DNA from: Octopus vulgaris
Taxonomy: Eukaryota
DNA length: 64,000 nt
Direction of reading: 5' to 3'
Assembly: GCA_951406725.2 (NCBI GenBank)
Contig: OX597821.1
Coordinates: 38,006,001-38,070,000 of the forward strand
Part shown: piece after piece, positions 14,051 through 25,559 of the stretch
How the letters are laid out: each line of letters starts with the position of its first letter
How positions within the stretch are numbered: the first letter of the stretch is position 1
Notes under the pieces: generated by a model
What the model was told of the DNA's origin: nothing
Seen by the model: the letters and a program-made list of their open reading frames with translations, nothing else
Databases searched by the model: none
Translations under genes and position numbers: made by a program

Positions 14051-14917
14051 TACATGATGTTCGGGCTAAATTTGATAAGTTTCTATGTCAGCTGTCTTTT
14101 CGGAAACAGCTTGGTGTATTGGTGAACAATCAACGGTGTTGGAGAGTATTCAGATTAAGGTCGTAGTTGAAAAAAAGTTAGATAATATGAAGAACTAAAA
14201 GTCATCTGAATATTGGAAAAGAGTTATTTTTATCATGAGGACACGCACCTGATATCAAAGTGCTTATATCATGACCGCTGATATCGATCCTCTGTAGACA
14301 CTGTGAAGGCTGTAAGACGTGCCGTGGACAGCTGCAATGGAGACTACGAATCTGTGGACAGCATGAAGGGACACAATAAGCATTCTGACATTGTCTGCAC
14401 ACCGAAATTCCTCCCCACATCTTTGAATAGGTCCGTCGGCTCTATTCCCACGGTTATGTGAAGCTCCTGGAGACCTTAACCAATCCCTGTCTAAAGAGGG
14501 TTGTTGCTGGAAGTCTATATGTGTAGCAGCAGGACACGAATCCTTGTCGTATTGCCGGAAAGTCAAAAGTGGTTGTGAGAATTTTTACGACTTCACTAGC
14601 CTCAATTTCTCGCTCTATAATTCCTCCGATTGTAACCTCATGAATTACTATCTGTGGGGTACGGTTGAGAAAGAAACCGTCTACTCTGTCGGCAGCACCA
14701 AAGCCAAACTGATAGCCAAGACCAAGGAAGTATTTAAAGATCTTCCCACGTTCTGAAGCTGTCTTGAGGCCGGGGTAGAAGCTGAGGGCGGCTGCATTGA
14801 GTAAACTGTTAATACCCAGCCATAATCTAATTGATATTTTAAAAATTGGGGGCGGGATGGCACATTGATTTCTTTCCCTTTTATGCAAACTGTTAAATTT
14901 ATTCCGAACACTTTGTA
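14051..14917 (+). mobile_element. Tc1/mariner-superfamily relic
   Basis: TIRs TACATGATGTTCGGGCTAAATTTGA / TTAAATTTATTCCGAACACTTTGTA. Residual QQDTNP and YNSSDCNLMNYYLWGTVE correspond to QQDGAP and SPDLNPLDYxxWG. Confidence 0.75.
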
Positions 14918-15244
14918 TATTGTTTAATTAATGACCATCGTCATATTCACATATATGCAAATTAAACTGAACTGCCAAATACGACACTCTCGAATTTGTG
15001 ACTGATCATTTTGTAGCTGAATGTTCTATGTAGTGATTGGGAAGATACCAGTTTAACCTTCCCTGAAAAGTGGTCAACAAACCGTGATTCACCCTCTCTC
15101 GAGACTCTTCCTTCCTTTCTTTTCCGCTCATCAAAAGCGTGGAAGGAAGGTGTTTCAATTTATGTTTCCCCTACAACTATGTCACACACACACACGCACA
15201 CACATACACACATACACACGTATATACATATTCATAAATATCAT

Positions 15245-15425
15245 CGCACGTGGATTGTTGGCTATTTTTCTTTATTTTTCTTTCATTCTCTTTGGACTTT
15301 ACTGTTTCCGACGAAGAGATTATGCTCGAAACTTTAACAACTCTTTCTATTCCCCAAATGTCTAATTAATATATTTCTTGTGCACGTCCTCCCGTTCGTC
15401 TTTTTGTGTGTTTTTCTCTTTTTTT
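15245..15425 (+). mobile_element. Diverged copy of the 25.2-kb Penelope-like repeat
   Basis: tgtttCCGACGAaGAGattatgCTCGAAAC...cacgtcctc matches the reverse complement of 25141-25350 with substitutions. Confidence 0.55.
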
Positions 15426-15587
15426 AATTGTTTGTTTATTTGAATTAACTATATATATATATAACGTATATTATCAGATATAGCAAAAATCGAATATCAA
15501 TAAAAATTAAAGGAGGGCTGTTAGTCACCAGTATTACAATATCTGTATAACATGTAATTACAAAATGTGTTTCTTTTTTTATTGTAG

Positions 15588-15753
15588 AACCGCCTGTTTT
15601 ACGATCTAAACCTGTGGTGCCGAGGAATAAAATATCAGCTACAAACATGACGATTGAGTGGACTCCATGGAACCAACGAAATGGAGATATTGGTGACCCC
15701 CCAATCCTATGGTATACAATATGGGTGAAAACAGCAGCGGAAACTAATTTTAG
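15588..15753 (+). CDS. Exon 2: FN3 #1, N-half
   Basis: ttttattgtag acceptor. EPPVLRSKPVVPRNKISATNMTIEWTPWNQRNGDIGDPPILWYTIWVKTAAETNF. gtaagt donor. Phase 1 to 2 fits both neighbours. Confidence 0.92.
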
Positions 15754-16724
15754 GTAAGTTAGCAATATTGCTTTCTTTAGCATAAACAAAATTATAATGT
15801 TCTATACATAATGTACTTTAGACATATGTACGTTATATAGTTATGAAACATATTGTATAAATATGTACTTTCATCTTTTGGTACACTGTTGTTAAGTACC
15901 TTTCAAAAGGTGACGATGATGATATGAGACAGCTGATATCCTTGTAATGTTACGCATATCGCTTCCGAAGAGAAGATATATGTCTATATCTCTGAATTCA
16001 AAAGACAATAACTGTTTATACAAAATTCAATATTATTCCAATTTCCTAATGTTATGAAACATTTTCTTCCTTGTTCCTGCATACCAGGCCAATATTTTGC
16101 AGGAGAGGGTTTATCGTCAATAACATAGATGGATTATATTGAATGAGTATGTTTCAAAGAGATAACAGATATTCTATATCGGATTTGAAATCCAAATGCA
16201 CAAAGAATGGTTGATGTTTTTATACTCTACCAGCTCATCGCATTCTTCTGCATGGCATAGTCATAGAATTTAGTTTAAATACGTGATTATTCTATGGCAT
16301 ATTTTATCAAATCATAATTGTGAAACATCAATTTGACCCCAATAAGACAAATAGAAAGGATTGTTGTCCGTGTTAATATGTAAATACTTAAACTTATTTT
16401 TATGTAGGAATGATACTGTGGCGTTCATGGTTTTTCAAACAAATTCTTTTCACGCAATGAAAAGAATCACGTAGACAAAAATGTTATTCCTTCCATAACG
16501 AATACCATTTTTGTTCTAAACAAATACATGTCGTTTCGAGTAACCTTTTGTTCTTCCATATTTCCTATATACTAGATTTGATATTTTTTTTCTTACGAAC
16601 AGTCTTATATTTTAAAAAGATGGAGAAATATCTAAATGCATTAATGGTTTGCCAAATAAATGGACTGACCTCATTGTAGATTCAGCTTCCCATCAATCAC
16701 AGAGTGGTCTACAGTATCCGCATC

Positions 16725-16782
<58 letters not shown>

Positions 16783-17122
16783 ACGACAATAACTGCCATG
16801 GATCTAATAAATGAATATTTGTCGTGTATAACATATGACTTGTCATTAAAGAAGAATTTAGTCACCTAACTGTTGTGGTTTGAGTTCTTTTAACGTATGC
16901 AGTTACAGATTTAAAATGGGAGTGCCAATTTGATAAAAAATATTATAAAGATAACATAAGGGACTAAAGCCATCTGAATATGGCTAGGGACAGGGCAGGG
17001 TGGTGGGGGTGTTACTGTTGCATTTAGCCCCAGGCGAACATCGACGTCACCAGAAAGGCTCGACACCGTCACGGTGCCCTTAACCTGCAAAGGGAGGTAA
17101 TTCCCCGATGAAGCGGAAACCA

Positions 17123-17168
17123 CACACGGACCATGGTTTCAAGGTGTATTGCCTATCGTCGGCGTGTG
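17123..17168 (-). ncRNA. Type I hammerhead ribozyme (identical inverted copy)
   Basis: Exact reverse complement of 17617-17662. Predicted cut between 17129 and 17128. Confidence 0.8.
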
Positions 17169-17616
17169 GTAGGCTTCCGCTTCCTCGACGAATTCTCACT
17201 CTGCAGGATATTCATATATAGATTTTCAAGCAAAATACATTTGCTGATTTCGAAAATCTGTTCGAAAGCAATAATAATTCTCTAAAAGAGATATAGACAG
17301 TAACTGCTCGATAACATAAGGGACTAAAGCCATCTGAATATGGCTAGGGACAGTGACGGTGTCGAGCCTTTCTGGTGACGTCGATGTTCGCCTGGGGCTA
17401 AATGCAACAGTAACACCCCCACCACCCTGCCCTGTCCCTAGCCATATTCAGATGGCTTTAGTCCCTTATGTTATCGAGCAGTTACTGTCTATATCTCTTT
17501 TAGAGAATTATTATTGCTTTCGAACAGATTTTCGAAATCAGCAAATGTATTTTGCTTGAAAATCTATATATGAATATCCTGCAGAGTGAGAATTCGTCGA
17601 GGAAGCGGAAGCCTAC

Positions 17617-17662
17617 CACACGCCGACGATAGGCAATACACCTTGAAACCATGGTCCGTGTG
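17617..17662 (+). ncRNA. Type I hammerhead ribozyme (short palindromic helix III)
   Basis: Helix I CACACG (17617-22) / CGTGTG (17657-62); core CCGACGA (CUGANGA with U4C); helix II tAGG-caataca-CCTt; GAAA; helix III C-CATG-G; GUC cleavage triplet, predicted cut after 17656. Confidence 0.8.
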
Positions 17663-18370
17663 TGGTTTCCGCTTCATCGGGGAATTACCTCCCTTTGCAG
17701 GTTAAGGGCACCGTGACGGTGTCGAGCCTTTCTGGTGACGTCGATGTTCGCCTGGGGCTAAATGCAACAGTAACACCCCCACCACCCTGCCCTGTCCCTA
17801 GCCATATTCAGATGGCTTTAGTCCCTTATGTTATCGAGCAGTTACTGTCTATATCTCTTTTAGAGAATTATTATTGCGATTATAAAGATAATTATTACGA
17901 AGTTGATATACACTAAGTATATCAATTCACGGCCAAATTTGAAGTCGGATTTAGCTTTTGCTTACTTTTTGTCATGAAATAATGCTTTATTCTGACATTT
18001 GATATTCTGATAGGCAATGGTTAGATACCATGTTCAAATGAATTTAGTTGATTATACCCGTTGCTACTTACATATTTTCCTACTTCAGGCGGTGAGGAGG
18101 AAACGCTGTTCTTGGCTTCAAGCCATGGAACCAGATATAAAAAAGGATAAAACTAAATAAAGTTATTTTTGTTCGATGCTCAACTACTGATTCTCCCCTT
18201 CTCAGGTTGGTAATAAACGCCACCATAATGAATGTCTTTACAATTGATTGACATAGCATTTCCCAAAACACACTTTGGTACAATTCGTACATTTCATCCC
18301 AAACGGATGTTAACCATTATAGCTTCTATGATACAAATTATAATGATTAATATTATTATATTATTTGCAG

Positions 18371-18543
18371 GATGATGGGTCTCATTTACCACACGTTCTG
18401 TCGTGAAAAAAGAGTATGTAGCCATATCATTCAAGAACTTCGACCAAGTACACGATACAAAATCTATATTGTTACAAGAAGAGATGGTGATGGAGGTTCG
18501 GGCCCACCAGGACCAAGTATATTTGCGAAAACGTTATGCAGCA
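18371..18543 (+). CDS. Exon 3: FN3 #1, C-half
   Basis: ttatttgcag acceptor. MMGLIYHTFCREKRVCSHIIQELRPSTRYKIYIVTRRDGDGGSGPPGPSIFAKTLCS contains the LxPxTxY motif and resembles the TRPGEGGTGxPGP motif of type IIB RPTPs and Tie. gtaagt donor, phase 2 to 1. Confidence 0.92.
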
Positions 18544-18579
18544 GTAAGTACTTAAGATAAAAAAAATTATTGTATATAT

Positions 18580-19490
<911 letters not shown>

Positions 19491-19536
19491 TTTCATTCTT
19501 GTTTTAGTATTGAGTTCCCTTTTTTTTTACTTCATT

Positions 19537-19576
<40 letters not shown>

Positions 19577-21743
19577 TCTCTGTCTCTCTCTATGCACCCC
19601 TATCTCTCCCTCTCTATCTTCTGTCTGTCTACCCGTCTGTCTGTCTACTTATCTCTCTCTCTCCCTCTTTCTCTCTCCCTCTTTCTCTCTCCCTCTCTCT
19701 ATATATATATATACACATACACACAATAACTATATACATACACACACATGTATATCAATGTGTATCCACACGCACACATACAGACACAGTCGCACACACA
19801 CACAGAGGCATAATTTGTGTGTGTATAGGACGTCCATGTCTTTACAGGTGTGTATGAGAATGTGTGTGTATGTAGTGAGACAAATATACTTCATGTATTT
19901 GGTGTAATATATTTCTGTTATTGGCATTGATATTTTGTTTATTGCAGACCGTAATGATTATATCTAAATCTGAAGATTTATGAATCATTGAAAAATTCCG
20001 ATTTAAGACAAAACATTGTACTTCTTGAACACAATCATATAATTAACATGATGATGTATCTTTTATTATTTGAAGAATTATTATTTAATTTAAGCAAAAT
20101 CTCAATACTAGTTCCACAAAAAGTCTATATACGTTGCTATATTTGTACACCTTATGTTATAGTCGTGTAACTAACTCCCTTCTAGTATCCTACTGCTGTA
20201 GTTTAAACAAAAGTTACTCGAACTGATTCTAATAAACAGGTACGTAGAAGCGTCTTGTATTAAATTCTGATGCATCATACTATAAACAAAATAATCATTT
20301 GAATTCTTAGCTTATTTTTGTGAGTTAATATTTCTCTGACAGCTGTTAAACATTCTCAGGCAAACAGCTACGTTTTTAGATTTAACATTTAATCACAATG
20401 AAATGACATACTTCCATAGAAGCAGTTTTGTCCTGAGGTTTTAATGACATCAGTCTTTCCTGTGCAAGTATTGAATAGTTTTAGATGTTTTGCTGTGATA
20501 CATAAAAAGAGTGTGCATAACTTATTAAATTATTCATAGGCATTTTCTCCGTAATTCAAATGAAAAAACACATGGTTTCAAGTTGATGTTGAAAATTAAT
20601 TATATCAAAAGAAATTGCACAAAGATATATAATTCACTAAATAGTTTTTTTCCAGATTGAAAGTAATTTTGTTGAAAAATATACTTTATCTTTTAATTTC
20701 ATTTACACTTTAGGGAAGGCATTTGTTGTAGAAATGTAAAGTGTAGAGACAGAAAAGAGTGTTGGTGGGGGTGGTATTCATTATGTAAATCTGAAGTGAG
20801 CAAAAATAGAAATAACTTATTCTTAGGAAACAAATTTCTTCACTAATTCTACATCAAATATGTTTGGATCAATCTTATAATATATCCTCCCTAGCAACAC
20901 TGCCCTTACGAGATTGCCACCAACACACGGTCTTCCCCAGTTAAGATCCTAACACGTCCGTATCGTAACTGTATCTACCCAATTATTGTCCTAATCTACT
21001 CGCATTTCTCACTGTCTTTACCAGTTAGTATCCTAAAATGTTTGTATTCCTGTCAGTTTGCACCAGTTAGTACCGAGCAGACAAATATAACAAATTTTCT
21101 TTCTCACATCCAAACTCATCCTTTCCAAATAAACAATCTCTAGACAGATCAAGTTGTTTGGTCTTGGCTTATACAAAACAACATATTCCACATCTTCCTA
21201 CTGTAGAACCGACTGATACTTACAGTCAGCCTAGAGAATGGAGTTCTTTCAGATCCACTCTACGAATGCCTTTCACCAACATCGCATTTAATACATCTAA
21301 ATGCTCCCACTAATAGGCTTTTACCCACCATCGCAATGATTCTAAGACTTTTATAGAAAAGCAAATGTCTCATACTGCCTGTTGGTATAGCATCTGGATT
21401 GCCTTCACTTAAACTATCTCTAGATCCTATACATAGTTGATCAAACGTACATGAAACAACAGGGAAATTGCCCTGAAATGAGTTTTTACTGCTTTACAAG
21501 AGACAAAATATAATTGTATCACAATGTTTTATGCTTGAAGAAAAATAAAGTTGGATGTTTAAGGCTTGAACACTCTTGATCGCAGATCGACTTGCCCGGG
21601 GTTGAACTGAGAGTAAACAACAACAACAGCTATTAGTTCAGACCAGGAACAATGCTGCTTCTACCTGACGAAAATTTAGGTTTCCAAATAGGAGTTATTC
21701 CTTACCTCTTTTGCAACCGCTACAAAAACATCTACTCTTCTCT

Positions 21744-21751
21744 ACTACTAA

Positions 21752-21813
<62 letters not shown>

Positions 21814-21865
21814 TTGCTGCTGCTGCTACTGCTGCTGCTGCTGCTACTACTACTTCTACTACTAG
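21744..21865. repeat. (CTA)n/(CTG)n microsatellite
   Basis: Direct reading. Confidence 0.95.
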
Positions 21866-22079
21866 TAATAATAATCCTTTTATCTACAAGCACAAGGCCT
21901 GAAATATAGGGGAGGGGTAAATCGATTTTATCGACCCCAGTATACTCAATGTTATTGTCCCAGAAAGGATGAAATGCAAAATGGACCTCGGCAGAATTTG
22001 ATCTCAGAAGGTGGAGACAGACGGAATGCGGCTATGCATTTCCCCTGGCGTGCTAACGGTTTCGCCTGCTAGCCGCGTG

Positions 22080-22515
22080 CTTTGAGAATGATCAAGAAAA
22101 GTAGTAACAAATTTCTTGACCAGATCCCAGAGAAACCAACAATCTATGAAATTCAAACAGTTGTGTTGACATCAACCGCCCACATTCTCAGGCAGTTTCT
22201 CTCCATCTAAAATATATGTACTTTAGTCGGAAGATGAAATAAAATGCAAATCAATCAGAAAGAGGAATTGGACCGAACCTGAGTCAAATCAAAATAATAA
22301 TAATAACAATAATAATAATCCTTTCACAGTCCTACAGAAAATTTCTCTCTTAGGGACAGCAAGGAATATCAAGACGGTTCTAAGCACTTGAAAGACTGCT
22401 GAAAATTTGTTGATACCTAAGGTTACAGGTAGCAACCCATAACTCATATAAATACTACCATGAATGAGACCGAACCTGAGTCAACCTAAATAATAATAAC
22501 AACAATAATAATAAC
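22080..22515 (+). mobile_element. Tandem LINE 3'-end fragments in (TAA)n
   Basis: GACCGAACCTGAGTCAA..AAATAATAA occurs twice. LQKISLLGTARNIKTVLS is homologous to the C-terminus of the 39-kb LINE. Confidence 0.6.
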
Positions 22516-23834
22516 CCCTCTACGCAAGCCCCTCGACACTGTATCCCATAATACTCTCTCCTAATCCTTTTTCATCAGAGCAATAACAGTCTTCTCCAAC
22601 ACTCGTTAACGGAATATCAACAGCATTACTTTCATAAATCTCTGGCTGGCTTGCTTCTTTGACTGAATTCTAAAACACAACTCAATGGATACTTGTATGA
22701 TGTATTTCATACTATAACCCGCGCTTCAAAGTTCAGCAGCTCCACTTCACAAACATACACACACACAAACACAAACACACACACACACCTATACGCCATT
22801 AAAAGTATTTATGTTACACATTTCTGTTAGGACGTAGTTTTTGCATAGTTATCCTCGAGTTATATGTGAAGGAGAGCCCTCATATATAATAAAGCAAATG
22901 TAGTGAAGTTCAGTTAAGACTGGGGCCCTCTTGTACTGTAGCTTGCAGTCTTTGACATAATGTGATGATGTGTGGAAGTAATAAGCATTCGATATCTATT
23001 TAGTTTTTGTTGGTAGTTAAAGAAGAGACATGCAAGTTGCATTCCGTTTCAATACGTTTCACTCTGTAAATCTTACCGGTTGAAGAAGCTATTTCTAGAG
23101 TAAGGTAGAAAATAATGATTAACATGAAATGTTAAAAAGTGTTTCCCTTTGAATATGACACTAATTTATTTTCTAGTTTGGAAATTAATTTCCACCTAAT
23201 TTCTTAGTAGAAGTAATTACAATAAGACATAGTTTGTTCCTTGGGTTTAATAGCTTCATCGTATTGTTTACTAAATTGAAGAGAGAAGTCTGTCATTTAG
23301 ACTGATTAACGTTCGATGAATTAATACAAACTACTGTAATTTGCTTCAAAAGTCTTGTACATGGCTGTAAATAGAAAGACACTGTGACATCATGTCATCC
23401 ATTTTCTTTATTAAACTACTTTAAAGATAAGGTTTTAAACTATTACAACGTCTAAAATACTTATCAAATATATTTTGACGTGAAACTGAACAAATATAGT
23501 CTTTATGGGGTTGTGAAATTTCAAAAAGAGCGTTATAATAAAGCTGAACTAATACAGTGATGTTCGCAAGTTGTAATGCATGACAACTAATTTCGTGACA
23601 CAACCTTTCATATTAATTGCAACGTAACGATACGATATCTTAAATAGTGATGTCCGCTCGAAAGGAGAGGGAAGATCATTACTATTTGTTTATGTTTACT
23701 AAATTAACCTTGACTGAAATAAATAGAAATAAACACAGTTTAATGTTCGATATGTGTCATCGCGATACATATTATATTTATATGTGTAATGGGTGTATGT
23801 ATATAATATCTATAATATACGTAAGTTAAACACA

Positions 23835-23910
<76 letters not shown>

Positions 23911-24403
23911 ATTATTGGTCAAGCCAAGATTAAACACAGATACGTCAATACATCCTTAAGTAAACCGCCACAAAATATTAATCTGAATATTTCTGTAAGA
24001 TATGATTATGGCTACTCTCATCTCTTTTTTATTATGAATATAATGCATATTGACTAAATACGTTGAAATAAAAAATTAGCTTAAATTGTTTGTATTCGGC
24101 ATATGTCATCGCATATGTTATATATGTGTGTACATATATATACACACACACACACATGAGGGTGCATGGGTTAGGGTGTTGCACACACGATCTACCGATT
24201 GTGATTACAGTTCTTAGACCAGGGGGTGCGTTGCGTTCTTCGGCAAAACAGTTCCTTTCATGTTGCTCTCCAATCTCTTCAACGTTGATGTGATGGAGAG
24301 ACTTAGCCTATGTGTGGCACGAACATTTGATCCCCAGATAAATTGTGCAGGTTGTTCGCCAAGAGATGGACACTCATGCATCGTCTTCAGCAGGAGAGTC
24401 CAT

Positions 24404-24446
<43 letters not shown>

Positions 24447-24767
24447 TTATTTATATATATCCAAATTGAGAGAGTGGAACACAGGCTACATATGTTTCCT
24501 ATCTTGCAGATCCTCGGAAGTAATAGTTACTCAACGACGGGTAATATACTAGCTACATATGGCGAAGACACCTTCATTATATGAAGGTTACATTGTCAAA
24601 GAATTCCATGTTAACTCACCGGAGGTATAAGTTGTGACAATTACACACACACAAACATGTATATATTACCCACGCACACAGGAGGAGTCTGCATGTGCGA
24701 TCGTATGTGTGTCTCATACTCTGCATTCAGAAAATGCAAAAAATGATTTTTCAAATTTATTTTCCAG

Positions 24768-24859
24768 AACCCGATTTACCTCCAAAAGTTGGTCAATTGT
24801 TATCAGCACCACAATATAACATTTCATATCCTAAAACGAAGATTACGATCACATGGTCG
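24768..24859 (+). CDS. Exon 4: FN3 #2, N-part
   Basis: ttttccag acceptor. KPDLPPKVGQLLSAPQYNISYPKTKITITWS. gtaagt donor, phase 1 to 0. Confidence 0.88.
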
Positions 24860-25083
24860 GTAAGTAAATCTTTCTCTTTGGCAATATTCATCCCTTTGTC
24901 TTTCGTAATTGGTTTTACTGAGTAAGATTTCCTGACAAAAAATACTCTTTGCTCATATTCACAATGACGAAAAAATGACATTCATTAGTTTATTTTAAAT
25001 GTTTTCAAATTATGAATCACTCTGTCTGACTCTCCCTCTCTCCCTGTCTGTCTGCCTGTCTTTCCCTCCTCTCTTAAGGTATA

Positions 25084-25140
<57 letters not shown>

Positions 25141-25144
<4 letters not shown>

Positions 25145-25350
25145 TCCAAACATGAAAACACAAAGAGAAAACACAACAACGCGAGGACGTGGAACAAGTA
25201 TAGTATTATTGGACGCTCAGGAAAGGAAGGAAAGAAGGAGGATTCAACGTTTCGAGCGGAGCTCTTCGTCAGAAACACAGGAAAAGGAAAGATCCAAGGA
25301 AGGGAAGACGGAGGAAAAAATCGCCAACGATACACACGCGGTCACATTTT
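25141..25350 (-). mobile_element. Short repeat with a minimal hammerhead-like motif (Penelope-like terminal repeat)
   Basis: The minus strand at 25272-25246 reads CTGACGA-a-GAGC-tcc-GCTC-GAAACGTT. It abuts a (TA)n tract. A diverged copy lies at about 15245-15425. Confidence 0.6.
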
Positions 25351-25559
25351 GATGTACACATACGATATTCCTTGTAATATTATGTTGCTTAATTTGATCA
25401 ACTTCATATACCATTCAGAATTATATTTCATTTTCTGAAGATGACCGCAATGTCGTCGTTGGGATAACAGAATATGTATTTTCTACAGCATGTGTGGTAT
25501 TTTTAAGCGATAAGATCTCATCTTCATTTGATGCAGTTTCCATTTACTTATTACTGTGT

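Larger units (their letters stand above)
16950..17877. mobile_element. Retrozyme-like / Penelope pLTR-like insertion: 360-bp unit, about 1.1 inverted copies plus about 1.5 direct copies
   Basis: GTGACGGTGTCG recurs at 17353 and 17713; GATAACATAAGG recurs at 16950 and 17310 (period 360). 16950-17353 is the reverse complement of 17432-17835. ATTATAAAGATAA is duplicated at 16942-16954 and 17879-17891. The unit contains a hammerhead motif. Confidence 0.85.

Noticed and set aside
17104-17140. CCGATGA-agcg-GAAAC, a possible opposite-polarity hammerhead in the 360-bp unit
   Set aside because: There is no helix II and no helix I pairing around a cleavage triplet. It is explained as an arm of the long hairpin.
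16911-17916. Three near-identical short ORFs (MVSASSGNYLPLQ...PPPPCPVPSH)
   Set aside because: They are by-products of the 360-bp repeat, start at GTG, have no domain similarity that I recognise, and end in different flanking sequence.
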